NCBI GenBank assembly: GCA_902764875.1
Contig: CACWXP010000027.1
Location: 1,823-65,822, forward strand
DNA: 64,000 bases
Direction of reading: 5' to 3'
DNA from: an uncultured Eubacteriales bacterium
Lineage (GTDB): Bacteria > Bacillota > Clostridia > Christensenellales > Aristaeellaceae
Both the position numbers and the translations under genes were made by a program. Below the pieces are notes generated by a model. It was not told the DNA's origin, made no database searches, and saw only the letters and a program-made list of their open reading frames with translations. Positions within the stretch are counted from its first letter, which is position 1, and every line of letters starts with the position of its first letter. Shown piece after piece: positions 1 through 8,826 of this stretch.

Positions 1-1
1 G

Positions 2-133
2 AAGGTTACGTGGCCCAGCAAGCATAAGCTGATCACGTATTCCATCCTGGTTCTGTCGTTCATGCTGTTCATGGGCGTTGTCATCGGTCTGCTGGATATG
101 GGCGCGAGCGCATTGATCAAACTGCTCATGTAA
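2..133 (+). CDS. secE: Preprotein translocase subunit SecE, C-terminal part (5' end outside window)
   Basis: Frame 2 reads KVTWPSKHKLITYSILVLSFMLFMGVVIGLLDMGASALIKLLM*, with the KVTWPS motif and a TM tail. It lies directly upstream of nusG in the conserved secE-nusG-rplK-rplA order. It is missing from the ORF track because it is open at the window edge. Confidence 0.7.
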   Translation, partial: KVTWPSKHKLITYSILVLSFMLFMGVVIGLLDMGASALIKLLM

Positions 134-149
134 TCCAAGGAGAAAAAAC

Positions 150-686
150 ATGGCTGAAAACAAGAAAGAGGCCTGCTGGTATGTGATTCATACCTACTCG
201 GGCTACGAGAACAAGGTGAAGGACACGCTGGAAAAGTCCGTCGAAAACAACGGCATGCAGGATCTGATCCTTGAGGTTCGGGTTCCCATGGAAGAGGTTG
301 TCGAGATCCGGAACGGAAAGCGCGTCAAGAGCACCCGGAAAGTCTACCCCGGCTATGTGCTGGTTCACATGATTGAAACCAGCGAGAGCTGGTACGTCGT
401 GCGGAATACCCGCGGCGTGACGGGCTTTGTGGGCCCCGACTCCAAGCCGGTTCCGCTGACGCAGGAAGAAGTCGACATGATGCTGAACACAGAACAGAGC
501 AGCGTGGACTTCGGATTCGCCATCGGCGAAAACGTCCGGATTCTGTCCGGCCCTCTGGAAAATTTCAGCGGTGTAGTCGAAGACGTCGACACAGTACGCG
601 GCAAACTCACGGTCAAGGTTCAGATGTTCCTTGGCCGGGAGATGCCCGTCGAAGTCGACCTCGACCAGGTCGAAAAAGAGAAGTAA
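150..686 (+). CDS. nusG: Transcription termination/antitermination factor NusG
   Basis: 178 aa. NGN-type N-terminus (WYVIHTYSGYENKV) and KOW-type C-terminus (GENVRILSGPLENFSGVVEDV). Conserved position between secE and rplK. Confidence 0.95.
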   Translation: MAENKKEACWYVIHTYSGYENKVKDTLEKSVENNGMQDLILEVRVPMEEVVEIRNGKRVKSTRKVYPGYVLVHMIETSESWYVVRNTRGVTGFVGPDSKPVPLTQEEVDMMLNTEQSSVDFGFAIGENVRILSGPLENFSGVVEDVDTVRGKLTVKVQMFLGREMPVEVDLDQVEKEK

Positions 687-704
687 CGTGGAGGTGCCAC
701 TCAA

Positions 705-1088
705 ATGGCAAAGAAAGTATCGGCTTACATCAAGCTGCAGGTTCCTGCCGGCAAGGCAACACCCGCTCCGCCTATCGGTCCCGCTCTCAATGACCGGACG
801 GCCAAGGAAGCCGGCATGATCATCCCTGTGGTGATTACCGTTTACACTGACCGTACCTTCACCTTCATCACCAAGACGCCTCCGGCGCCCGTGCTGATCA
901 AGAAGGCACTGAACCTGCAGAAGGCCAGCGGCCGCCCCAACAAGGAAAAGGTTGGCAAGCTGACAAAAGAACAGGTCCGCAAGATCGCTGAAACCAAGAT
1001 GCCCGACCTGAACGCCGGAAGCATCGAAGCCGCCATGAGCATGGTGGCCGGAACCGCCCGCAGCATGGGCGTGACCGTCGAAGAATAA
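705..1088 (+). CDS. rplK: 50S ribosomal protein L11, unusually short (127 aa)
   Basis: Canonical L11 ends: [28 protein letters not shown]... and ...[29 protein letters not shown]. The conserved block after PAL (GQxGVNIMxFCKxF in other L11s) is absent; see finding. Confidence 0.9.
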   Translation: MAKKVSAYIKLQVPAGKATPAPPIGPALNDRTAKEAGMIIPVVITVYTDRTFTFITKTPPAPVLIKKALNLQKASGRPNKEKVGKLTKEQVRKIAETKMPDLNAGSIEAAMSMVAGTARSMGVTVEE

Positions 1089-1175
1089 CAACGATCGCAG
1101 CAACTGTGGGGCATAGCCCCCTTATCATGTGGGAGGACATAGAGCCGCTAATACCACACGAGAGGAAGTATTACG

Positions 1176-1865
1176 ATGAAACACGGAAAAAAATATTCCG
1201 ACAGCTTAAAGCTGATCGACCACCTGAAGCAGTATGACCCCGAAGAGGCCGTTGATCTGGTTGTGAAGACCGGCAAGGCCAAGTTTGACGAGACCGTCGA
1301 GATCTCCGTCCGCCTGGGCGTTGATCCCCGGCACGCTGACCAGCAGGTCCGCGGCGCCGTGGTTCTGCCCCACGGAACAGGCCGGACCATCCGCGTTCTG
1401 GTTATCGCAAAGGGCGACAAGGCCAAGGAAGCGGAAGAGGCCGGTGCCGATTACGTCGGTGCTGAGGAAATGATCCAGAAGATCCAGCAGGAGAACTGGT
1501 TCGAATTCGACGTCTGCGTTGCCACCCCCGATATGATGGGTATGGTCGGCCGCATCGGTCGTGTGCTGGGCCCGAAGGGCCTCATGCCCAACCCGAAGAG
1601 CGGTACCGTAACGATGGATATCGCCAAGGCTGTCAAAGACATCAAAGCCGGTAAAGTGGAATACCGTCTGGACAAGACCGCTATCATCCACTGCCCGATC
1701 GGCAAGGTTTCCTTCGGCAAGGAAAAACTGCAGGAGAACCTGAGCGTTCTGATGGAAGCCATCAACAAGGCGAAGCCCGCCGCAGCCAAGGGCACCTACA
1801 TGAAGAGTGTTTATCTCTCCAGCACAATGGGTCCCTCCGTGCGTGTGAATCCGCTGAAGTTCTGA
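1176..1865 (+). CDS. rplA: 50S ribosomal protein L1
   Basis: 229 aa with canonical L1 strings ([31 protein letters not shown]). Follows rplK. Confidence 0.95.
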   Translation: MKHGKKYSDSLKLIDHLKQYDPEEAVDLVVKTGKAKFDETVEISVRLGVDPRHADQQVRGAVVLPHGTGRTIRVLVIAKGDKAKEAEEAGADYVGAEEMIQKIQQENWFEFDVCVATPDMMGMVGRIGRVLGPKGLMPNPKSGTVTMDIAKAVKDIKAGKVEYRLDKTAIIHCPIGKVSFGKEKLQENLSVLMEAINKAKPAAAKGTYMKSVYLSSTMGPSVRVNPLKF

Positions 1866-1878
1866 TTGGTTTTGACAA

Positions 1879-1911
1879 AGAGCCGGATCTGAAAGGATCC
1901 GGCTCTTTTTT
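1879..1911 (+). terminator. Rho-independent terminator after rplA
   Basis: Hairpin AGAGCCGGATC-tgaaa-GGATCCGGCTCT followed by a T-run, about 14 nt after the rplA stop. Confidence 0.75.
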
Positions 1912-2100
1912 GCAGATAGCTGAATGGGAGTGGAATAAAGGATACAGGGTGTAGGGGACGTGGAGACTGAACTGTGGACTGTGGTTCATGTTTCGGGGTG
2001 GTGGCGGAAAAGTTTGCTCCCGGCAAAGGAAAAAAGAAGGAAAAAAGAGAATAAATAAAAGTTAACGTTTTTTTGTTTGCGCAGAAACGGGGAGAAAAGC

Positions 2101-5100
2101 ATGAAACTGAATCCTTTGCGGATGGAACAGGCAGCCGGGGCGGAAGAATACGCGGCAGGCCGCGAGCTTGAAGAAGCGGGCCGGGTCAAGGTGGCGGAAC
2201 AGGACGGAACACGGGTGAAATACACCGTGGCAGGCCAGCCGCCTCAGACTGTAACCATTGACCGGGATCTGACGGTACGGTGTGACTGCATTCTGTTTGT
2301 CCGAAAAGGATGCTGCCGGCACGCGGTGGCAGCCTGGCTGGGAGCGGAACGCGCAAAGATTCCGGAAAGCATGCTGCAAAAATCCGCGCCGAAGCGGGCA
2401 GAGGAACTGACTACCCTGATTCTTCGGGAAATGCCGGCAGAAGCAAACGTCCGGATGGAAGTGACGCTGGCGCTGCCGAAACAGTCCGGTAACGGAAGAC
2501 AGAATCATGTCGGTTTCCGGGTCGGTACGGAAAAGCTGTATGTTATGCGGGACCCGGCGGCGTTCCTTTTCGCCATGGACAACGGGCAGCCCCTGCAGTT
2601 CGGGAAAGACTTTATCTATGAGCCGTCCTGGATGCATTTTTCAGAGGACGACGAACGGGTGCTTGAACTGATCCGAAAGCTGCTTTCCGTTCGGGGACAG
2701 GAAGCGATAACGCCCGGCGGACGCATGATCGCCATCCCGGATCCCTTTGTGAAGGAACTGCTGGAGGGGATCGGGGAGACGCCTTTGCGGATCATGGACG
2801 ACGAAGGGAAAATCATCCGATGCAGACAGATTCGGAAAACGCGGCTTCCGCTACAGTTCGGGCTGAATCTCGGTCCCCGGGGACTGGATGCATCGGCCCG
2901 GATGCCGGCGGATTTTACACCGCTGACGGAAGACTGTTCCTGGATTATGACCGGAGGACACCTGATTGAGACAGAGAATTCCCAGCGGGAACTGATCCGG
3001 ATGCTCTGGAAAAACCAATATGAAGGCCGCTGCCTTTTCCATTATCCGCTGGAGGAGACGGGAAGAGTGATCGGCGAAGTGCTGCCGTATCTGAAGATCC
3101 GCGGTGCGGTTGAGATCGGAACGGATCTGCGGAACCGCCTGGTCCGGCTGCCGCTGCAGGCGCAGGTTTATCTGGACCGGGAGGGGAAGAGCGTCATCGC
3201 TTCTGTCGTTTTCCGGTACGGAGAGATAGAACTGAATCCTTTTGCGCCGGAAGAAAAGAAAATTGCACTGGGAAAAGATGAAAAACTGCTGCTTCGGGAC
3301 GCGGAAGCAGAACATAACGTGCTGGATATTCTGGCCAACTCAGGCTTCAGGGTTCGAAAGGAAAACATTCGCCTGAGCGGAAGCGACGCGGTGTTTGACT
3401 TTGTCAGCGACGGTGTGAAGAAACTGCAGGAGGTCTGCGAAGTTTTCCTGAGCCGTGAATTCAAAAGGATTCTGCCCCGCCGATCCACACTCAGCGGCAG
3501 CATGCGCATGAACGGCGACAAACTGGAGCTGATGCTGGAGAAGGACGGAGAGCCTCTGGATGAAATTCTGGAGCTGATGGAGGCGCTGAGCCGCAGACGG
3601 CGCTATTTCAGGCTGAAAAACGGCGATTTCCTTGATCTGAGCGCACTGGCGGAATGGCAGGAACTGGCAGCCGGAATTTATGAGGCGGCGCAGCGGGACG
3701 GCAGCGAGACCGGCCGGGATGTGCTGGAACTGCGGGCATATCGGGCGTGGTATCTGAACAGTATGCTGGAAAACAGCGGGATTCCGATCACGGTGGACGA
3801 AAACGTAAAGAAAATGGCCGAAAGCGTTACGGAGGGCAGCAAGGACGTTATCGTTCCGCCGCTGGCGCCCGGCCTGAGCCTGCGCGGATACCAGAGGCGC
3901 GGGTATGAATGGATGTACGCACTGGACAGGATGAGAATGGGCGGGGTTCTGGCGGACGATATGGGCCTTGGCAAAACCGTACAGGTGATTGCACTGATGC
4001 AGACCGCACGGGAAGCCGGAAGGACGAGCCTGGTGGTTGCACCGACATCTCTGACCTATAACTGGCTGAGTGAGCTCCGGCGTTTTGCGCCGGATCTGAG
4101 CGCGGTGATCCTGAACGGAACGGCAGCACAGCGGGCAATGATGATCCGGCACATTGCGGAACACGGAGACGTTGACGTGGCGATCACCAGCTATCCGTTA
4201 ATCCGGCGCGACGTGGAACTGCTGAAGGAAATACAGTTCCGCTTCCTGATTCTTGACGAGGCTCAGAATATCAAAAACGCGGGCAGCGTTGCAGCGCAGG
4301 CGGCAAAACAGCTGAAAGGGGATACACGGTTTGCGCTGACGGGCACCCCGATGGAGAACGGCGTCGGCGAGCTGTGGAGCATCTTCGATTTTGTTCTTCC
4401 GGGTTATCTGCCGGGATACAACAGTTTTTTGAGAAAATATCAGGACGGGGAAAACGCGGCGGATCTGCTGCGCAGGATCCGGCCGTTCCTGATCCGGCGG
4501 CTGAAGCAGGAAGTGCTTGAAGAACTGCCGGATAAGATGGAAATTACCATGAAGGCTCAGATGACACCGGAACAACAGCAGATCTATCGGGCAGCGCTGG
4601 AGAGGCTGCGGCCGAGGATCAATGAACTGCTGGAAGAGCAGGGTGTGGACCGGAGCCGCCTTGAAGTGCTGAGTGCCATTACGGAACTTCGGGAAATCTG
4701 CTGTCATCCGTCGCTGGTGATGAACGAATACCGGGGCGGAAGCGGGAAGGAAGACCTGCTTCTGGAAATCCTGCCGGAAATGATTGCCGGCGGACGGCGA
4801 ATCCTGCTGTTCAGCCAGTTTACACGCATGCTGAAGCTGCTACGGACACGGCTGGAAGAAAGCGGCTTTTCCACCATGTATCTTGACGGCGACACGCCGG
4901 CAAACGAACGGCTGGAATTGGCGGACCGTTTTAACGAAGGCGAGGCGCAGGTGTTCCTGATCAGCCTGCGTGCCGGCGGATACGGACTGAACCTGACCGG
5001 CGCGGATCTGGTGATCCACTATGATCCGTGGTGGAATCCGGCTACGGAGGATCAGGCGACCGACCGGGCACACCGGATCGGTCAACAGAAAAAGGTGCAG

Positions 5101-5250
5101 GTGATCCGCATGGTAACGGGTGAAAGTATTGAAGAACAAGTGGTTGAGCTTGGCGGGCGGAAGAAAGCACTGTTTGAACGCCTGATTACTCCGGGAGAAT
5201 CCGCCATTACCGCACTGAGCGAACAGGACATCCGGGCACTTTTCAACTGA
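2101..5250 (+). CDS. SNF2-family helicase with N-terminal SWIM zinc finger
   Basis: SWIM motif CDCILFVRKGCCRH. SNF2 motifs DDMGLGKT and ILDEAQNIKN. Helicase-C motifs LLFSQFTRML and DPWWNPATEDQATDRAHRIGQ. ATG 2101 (GGGGAG 6 nt upstream) is preferred over the track start at 2077. Confidence 0.9.
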   Translation: MKLNPLRMEQAAGAEEYAAGRELEEAGRVKVAEQDGTRVKYTVAGQPPQTVTIDRDLTVRCDCILFVRKGCCRHAVAAWLGAERAKIPESMLQKSAPKRAEELTTLILREMPAEANVRMEVTLALPKQSGNGRQNHVGFRVGTEKLYVMRDPAAFLFAMDNGQPLQFGKDFIYEPSWMHFSEDDERVLELIRKLLSVRGQEAITPGGRMIAIPDPFVKELLEGIGETPLRIMDDEGKIIRCRQIRKTRLPLQFGLNLGPRGLDASARMPADFTPLTEDCSWIMTGGHLIETENSQRELIRMLWKNQYEGRCLFHYPLEETGRVIGEVLPYLKIRGAVEIGTDLRNRLVRLPLQAQVYLDREGKSVIASVVFRYGEIELNPFAPEEKKIALGKDEKLLLRDAEAEHNVLDILANSGFRVRKENIRLSGSDAVFDFVSDGVKKLQEVCEVFLSREFKRILPRRSTLSGSMRMNGDKLELMLEKDGEPLDEILELMEALSRRRRYFRLKNGDFLDLSALAEWQELAAGIYEAAQRDGSETGRDVLELRAYRAWYLNSMLENSGIPITVDENVKKMAESVTEGSKDVIVPPLAPGLSLRGYQRRGYEWMYALDRMRMGGVLADDMGLGKTVQVIALMQTAREAGRTSLVVAPTSLTYNWLSELRRFAPDLSAVILNGTAAQRAMMIRHIAEHGDVDVAITSYPLIRRDVELLKEIQFRFLILDEAQNIKNAGSVAAQAAKQLKGDTRFALTGTPMENGVGELWSIFDFVLPGYLPGYNSFLRKYQDGENAADLLRRIRPFLIRRLKQEVLEELPDKMEITMKAQMTPEQQQIYRAALERLRPRINELLEEQGVDRSRLEVLSAITELREICCHPSLVMNEYRGGSGKEDLLLEILPEMIAGGRRILLFSQFTRMLKLLRTRLEESGFSTMYLDGDTPANERLELADRFNEGEAQVFLISLRAGGYGLNLTGADLVIHYDPWWNPATEDQATDRAHRIGQQKKVQVIRMVTGESIEEQVVELGGRKKALFERLITPGESAITALSEQDIRALFN

Positions 5251-5272
5251 ACAGCTTCATGGTAAAAAGAAA

Positions 5273-5304
5273 CCCTGTGAGCGGAAACTCACAGGGCAGT
5301 TTTA
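5273..5304. terminator. Hairpin between convergent helicase gene and tRNA genes (possible bidirectional terminator)
   Basis: CCCTGTGAG-cggaaa-CTCACAGGG (9 bp stem). An A-run lies upstream and a weak T-run (cagtttta) lies downstream. Confidence 0.5.
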
Positions 5305-5306
5305 TC

Positions 5307-5397
5307 TGGCGGAGAAGCCGGGATTTGAACCCGGGCTGCCATCACTGACACTACTCCCTTAGCAGGGGAGCCCCTTCGGCCACTTGGGTACTTCTCC
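5307..5397 (-). tRNA. tRNA-Ser (anticodon GCU), class II with long variable arm, CCA encoded
   Basis: Reverse complement folds as GGAGAAG-TA-CCC..GGG-G-CTCCC-CTGCTAA-GGGAG-(19 nt variable arm)-CCGGG-TTCAAAT-CCCGG-CTTCTCC-G-CCA. Confidence 0.9.
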
Positions 5398-5404
5398 ATG
5401 TCAA

Positions 5405-5478
5405 GATTCGAACCCCCGGTACCTTTCGGTATCACTGGTTTTCAAGACCAGCGCCTTCAACCGCTCGGCCATCGCTCC
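5405..5478 (-). pseudogene. tRNA-Ser (anticodon UGA) lacking the 3' T-stem strand and 3' acceptor strand
   Basis: Reverse complement reads GGAGCGA-TG-GCC..GGC-G-CTGGT-CTTGAAA-ACCAG-(variable arm TGATACCGAAAGGTAC)-CGGGGG-TTCGAAT-C. It then runs into TTGACAT and the next tRNA. The expected CCCCC and TCGCTCC strands are missing. Confidence 0.6.
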
Positions 5479-5497
5479 AGACTCAACCAGCTCGATT

Positions 5498-5526
5498 AGT
5501 TTATCATGTCTTTGCGAAAGCGTCAA
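5498..5526 (-). promoter_or_regulatory. Sigma-70-type promoter for the tRNA-Ser pair
   Basis: On the minus strand: TTGACG, 17 nt, TAAACT. It ends about 20 nt upstream of the tRNA-Ser(UGA) 5' end. Confidence 0.5.
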
Positions 5527-5642
5527 GAGAATCTTTCAGAACATCTCCCAAAAACAGAATAAGCTCGCATTTTCAATCCGTTCGTGCTATGATTTGATGC
5601 GGCGTATTTCGAGGAATATCAAGCGACGAGGAGAGCGATTCC

Positions 5643-6536
5643 GTGAACAGGACACCGGGCACAAAGACGAACAATCCGAAATCGCTGATGATGTTTATCT
5701 CTTCCATGCTGATCTTCGGAACGATCGGGGTTTTCCGGAAAAATCTGCTGCTGCCCTCTGCGTTTATTGCCTGTGTTCGCGGAATTTTCGGAGGACTGTT
5801 TATTCTCGCATACTCCATTGTCAGGCGGAGAACCGCAGCGAAAAAACTGCCGGGGCGCATTCTCCTGCAGCTGATCTTTTCGGGGGCTGTGATGGGGATC
5901 AACTGGATTTTGCTGTTTGAAGCATACAATTATACGACCGTGGCCGTAGCAACACTGTGCTATTACATGCAGCCAACCATTGTCATGCTGGTATCACCGA
6001 TGATCTTTGGGGAGAAACTGACGGGAAGGAAAGCCGTTTGCGCGCTCATCGCTATTGCGGGAATGGTCCTGATCTCCGGCGTGGCGGACGGCGGCAATGC
6101 GCAAACCGGCGATCCGAAGGGCATTTTTCTCGGCCTTGGGGCTGCTGTCTGCTATTCCGTCGTTGTGATTATGAACAAAAGGATCGAGGGGATCGACGCC
6201 TATCAGAAAACAATTATTCAGCTGCTGTCGGCAGAGATAGCGATGATCCCTTACCTGCTGGCGACCGGAGGCTTTGACGGCATCCGTCTCGACGCCGTCA
6301 GCATCGGCTTTCTGGCTGTGATCGGCCTGGTTCACACGGGAATTGCCTATGTGCTCTATTTCGGAAGCATTGACGGGATGAGAGCACAATCCATTGCCAT
6401 CTTCAGCTATATTGATCCGGTTTCTGCGCTGTTGTTTTCCGCGCTGCTGCTAAGGGAACCGCTGAGTGTATCCGGAGTGATCGGGGCGGTGATGATTATC
6501 GGTTCTGCCATTGCGAGCGAGGTGAAAGCTGCCTGA
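5643..6536 (+). CDS. EamA/DMT-superfamily transporter
   Basis: 297 aa, highly hydrophobic, about 10 TM segments in two EamA-like halves. GTG start with GAGGAG upstream. Sits next to pseudouridine catabolic genes. Confidence 0.8.
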   Translation: MNRTPGTKTNNPKSLMMFISSMLIFGTIGVFRKNLLLPSAFIACVRGIFGGLFILAYSIVRRRTAAKKLPGRILLQLIFSGAVMGINWILLFEAYNYTTVAVATLCYYMQPTIVMLVSPMIFGEKLTGRKAVCALIAIAGMVLISGVADGGNAQTGDPKGIFLGLGAAVCYSVVVIMNKRIEGIDAYQKTIIQLLSAEIAMIPYLLATGGFDGIRLDAVSIGFLAVIGLVHTGIAYVLYFGSIDGMRAQSIAIFSYIDPVSALLFSALLLREPLSVSGVIGAVMIIGSAIASEVKAA

Positions 6537-6740
6537 AGAAAGTTGCTGCGGGATAATACTTGATGACAGAAGCGGAAAGTGATATTGTTATTCCTGGATA
6601 TGGAAGAGAGAATAACCGACAGAGGGACGGCCGGGCACCCGAAAAAGGGGCGCTCAAACAGGGATGCAGCGGGGACTGTCGGCGAAGAACCGGCTGCGGA
6701 CTCCGGAGAGGAGACACACGTGAGCCTTGACCATATTGTG

Positions 6741-7712
6741 ATGCCATCCATGAGGATGAATCAGGCGCCGGTTTTCCGGACAGAGCTTGCCACCGGCGCG
6801 CCGGTCTACGTGATCGGCGGCGTGAACATGGATATCGCAGGTACGCCGGCGGCGGAACTGCGGTGCGGAGATTCCAACCCCGGCCGGGTTACGCTGTCAC
6901 CGGGCGGCGTCGGCCGGAATATCGCGGAAAACCTGAGCCGTCTCGGCAGACGGGTTTCCCTGATCACCGTGCTGGGCGACGATGCTTATGCCGGAGCGAT
7001 CCGGGAACACTGCAGGAACGTTGGGATCGACCTGTCCATGGCTATTACCGATCCGCTGGGGCGCACCTCCACTTATCTGTGCCTGAACGAGCAGAACGGG
7101 GATCTGCACGCAGCCGTTTCCGACATGGCCATCTGCGAACAGCTGACGCCGGACAGACTGGAACCGATCCTGGCGAAACTGAACAGGGGAAGCTTCCTGA
7201 TTGCTGACGCCAACCTGCCGGAGGAAACGCTGGCGTGGATTGCCGCGAACATCACCATTCCCATTGCGGCTGATCCCGTTTCCGCGGCGAAAGCCTCCAG
7301 GCTGAAGCCGCTTCTGCGCCGGCTGACATTTCTGAAACCCAATCTTCAGGAAGCGGAGATTCTGACCGGGCTGTCAGGCGGAGGCGCAGGCTCGCTGACC
7401 ATGCTGGCAGATGCGCTTCGCGCTTTGGGCGTTTCAAAGGTTTTCCTGTCTCTCGGAGGCAAGGGCGTATGGGCGGACGACGGGAAGGAGGGCGCACTGC
7501 TTCCCTGTGTCCCCGGATCTATTATCAATACCTCCGGCTGCGGGGACGCTTTTGTGGCTGCTGCCGCGGATGCATGTCTGCGGGGGCTGGGAACGATGGA
7601 CTGCGCAAGGCGGGGACTTGCCGCCGCGGCGATCTGCGCGGAGGATCCGGCGCCCGTGAGTCCGAAAATGACGGCGGAAGCGATTGAGATGAAACTGAAT
7701 ATGGCACAATGA
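6741..7712 (+). CDS. psuK: PfkB-family kinase, probable pseudouridine kinase
   Basis: VYVIGGVNMDIAGTP, GGVGRNIAENL and C-terminal NTSGCGDAFVAA (PfkB signatures). Directly upstream of psuG. The start is uncertain: the track ORF starts at 6579, but the first 54 codons look non-coding, so Met 6741/6750/6756 is preferred. Confidence 0.75.
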   Translation: MPSMRMNQAPVFRTELATGAPVYVIGGVNMDIAGTPAAELRCGDSNPGRVTLSPGGVGRNIAENLSRLGRRVSLITVLGDDAYAGAIREHCRNVGIDLSMAITDPLGRTSTYLCLNEQNGDLHAAVSDMAICEQLTPDRLEPILAKLNRGSFLIADANLPEETLAWIAANITIPIAADPVSAAKASRLKPLLRRLTFLKPNLQEAEILTGLSGGGAGSLTMLADALRALGVSKVFLSLGGKGVWADDGKEGALLPCVPGSIINTSGCGDAFVAAAADACLRGLGTMDCARRGLAAAAICAEDPAPVSPKMTAEAIEMKLNMAQ

Positions 7713-7728
7713 GAAGAATCTTCGCTTT

Positions 7729-7794
7729 GCTCAGAATGACATGATGGTACAGGCAGAATGACACGACGGTGCAAGCTGAATAACATGGACAGAG
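7729..7794. repeat. Three tandem 22-bp direct repeats in the psuK-psuG spacer
   Basis: gctCAGAATGACAtGAtGGTac / aggCAGAATGACAcGAcGGTgc / aagCTGAATAACATGGACagag. Copies 1 and 2 share 16/22 positions; copy 3 is degenerate. Confidence 0.6.
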
Positions 7795-7831
7795 CGTATA
7801 GATCAGAAAACACAAAAGGAGGAAAACAACG

Positions 7832-8746
7832 ATGCATTCCCTGAAAAAGTACCTTTCCGTAAACCCAGAGGTGAAGGAGGCGCTGATCAACCGGCAGCCG
7901 GTGGTGGCCCTGGAATCCACGATTATTTCCCACGGGATGCCGTATCCGCAGAACGTGGAGACCGCGCTGAACGTTGAGAAAATCATTCGGGAGAACGGCG
8001 CGATTCCGGCGACGATCGCCATTCTGCAGGGGAAACTGACGGTCGGCTGTACGTCGGCGCAGATTGAATACCTGGGGAAAAAAGGCCTCGCTGTGACCAA
8101 AGCCAGCCGTCGGGACCTGCCGGTACTGCTCTCGAGAGGCGAAGACGGCGCAACGACCGTGACAACAACCATGATCGGCGGCGCCATGGCGGGAATCAAG
8201 GTGTTTGCCACCGGCGGCATCGGCGGCGTTCACCGGGGTGCGGAAACCACGATGGATATTTCCGCGGATCTGGAGGAACTGGCGGAGACACCGGTGCTGG
8301 TGGTATGCGCCGGCGCGAAGAGCATCCTGGATCTCGGACTGACGCTGGAATACCTGGAGACCCGCGGCGTTCCCGTGATCGGATACGGCACAGAGGAACT
8401 GCCTGCCTTCTACACACGGAGTTCCGGGTTCAAGGTGGATTACCGCATGGACACCCCGAAGGAAATCGCAGACGCTTTCCGCGTGAAACTGCATTGCGGT
8501 CTGCGCGGCGGCATGCTGGTGACCAATCCCATTCCGGAGGAGTATTCCATGGATCCGGAATACATCAACCGGAACATCAACGAGGCCATCGAGGAATGCA
8601 ACCGCCTTGGCATTCACGGCAAACAAACCACGCCCTACCTGCTGGACAAGATTCAGAAACTGACCGGCGGAGACTCCCTCAAGGCTAACATTCAGCTTGT
8701 TTACAACAACGCGAGACTTGGTGCGAAGATCGCCGCGGAGCTGTAA
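7832..8746 (+). CDS. psuG: Pseudouridine-5'-phosphate glycosidase
   Basis: 304 aa with PVVALESTIISHGMPYPQN and the GGIGGVHRGAE motif typical of PsuG/YeiN. AAAGGAGG RBS. Confidence 0.95.
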   Translation: MHSLKKYLSVNPEVKEALINRQPVVALESTIISHGMPYPQNVETALNVEKIIRENGAIPATIAILQGKLTVGCTSAQIEYLGKKGLAVTKASRRDLPVLLSRGEDGATTVTTTMIGGAMAGIKVFATGGIGGVHRGAETTMDISADLEELAETPVLVVCAGAKSILDLGLTLEYLETRGVPVIGYGTEELPAFYTRSSGFKVDYRMDTPKEIADAFRVKLHCGLRGGMLVTNPIPEEYSMDPEYINRNINEAIEECNRLGIHGKQTTPYLLDKIQKLTGGDSLKANIQLVYNNARLGAKIAAEL

Positions 8747-8826
8747 AAAAGAACGGCATGGAACACGCCGCAATTACGCGAGCTGGCGTGAAGATTGCCG
8801 AGGTGCCGAATATAAAGGAAAGCAGC

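Noticed and set aside
126-1103. 325-aa minus-strand ORF across nusG/rplK. Similar long antisense ORFs occur at 7346-8773, 8701-9633, 9627-10871, 11511-13304, 13007-13891, 17939-20272, 20337-21173, 23679-25175, 27674-29008, 29682-30872, 56915-58054 and 62974-63924.
   Set aside because: Each lies antisense to a gene with clear family motifs. Their translations are low-complexity and Arg/Gly/Pro/His-rich, as expected for stop-poor antisense frames in GC-rich DNA.
5384-5920. 178-aa plus-strand ORF starting inside the tRNA genes.
   Set aside because: It overlaps two tRNA-Ser sequences and the tRNA promoter, has no RBS or motifs, and its 3' part is out of frame with the convincing EamA gene.
6579-6740. 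N-terminal 54-codon extension of the psuK ORF (MILLFLDMEERITDRG...).
   Set aside because: It is low-complexity, has no RBS, and is not part of PfkB kinases. An internal Met just before the conserved VYVIGG start is more plausible.
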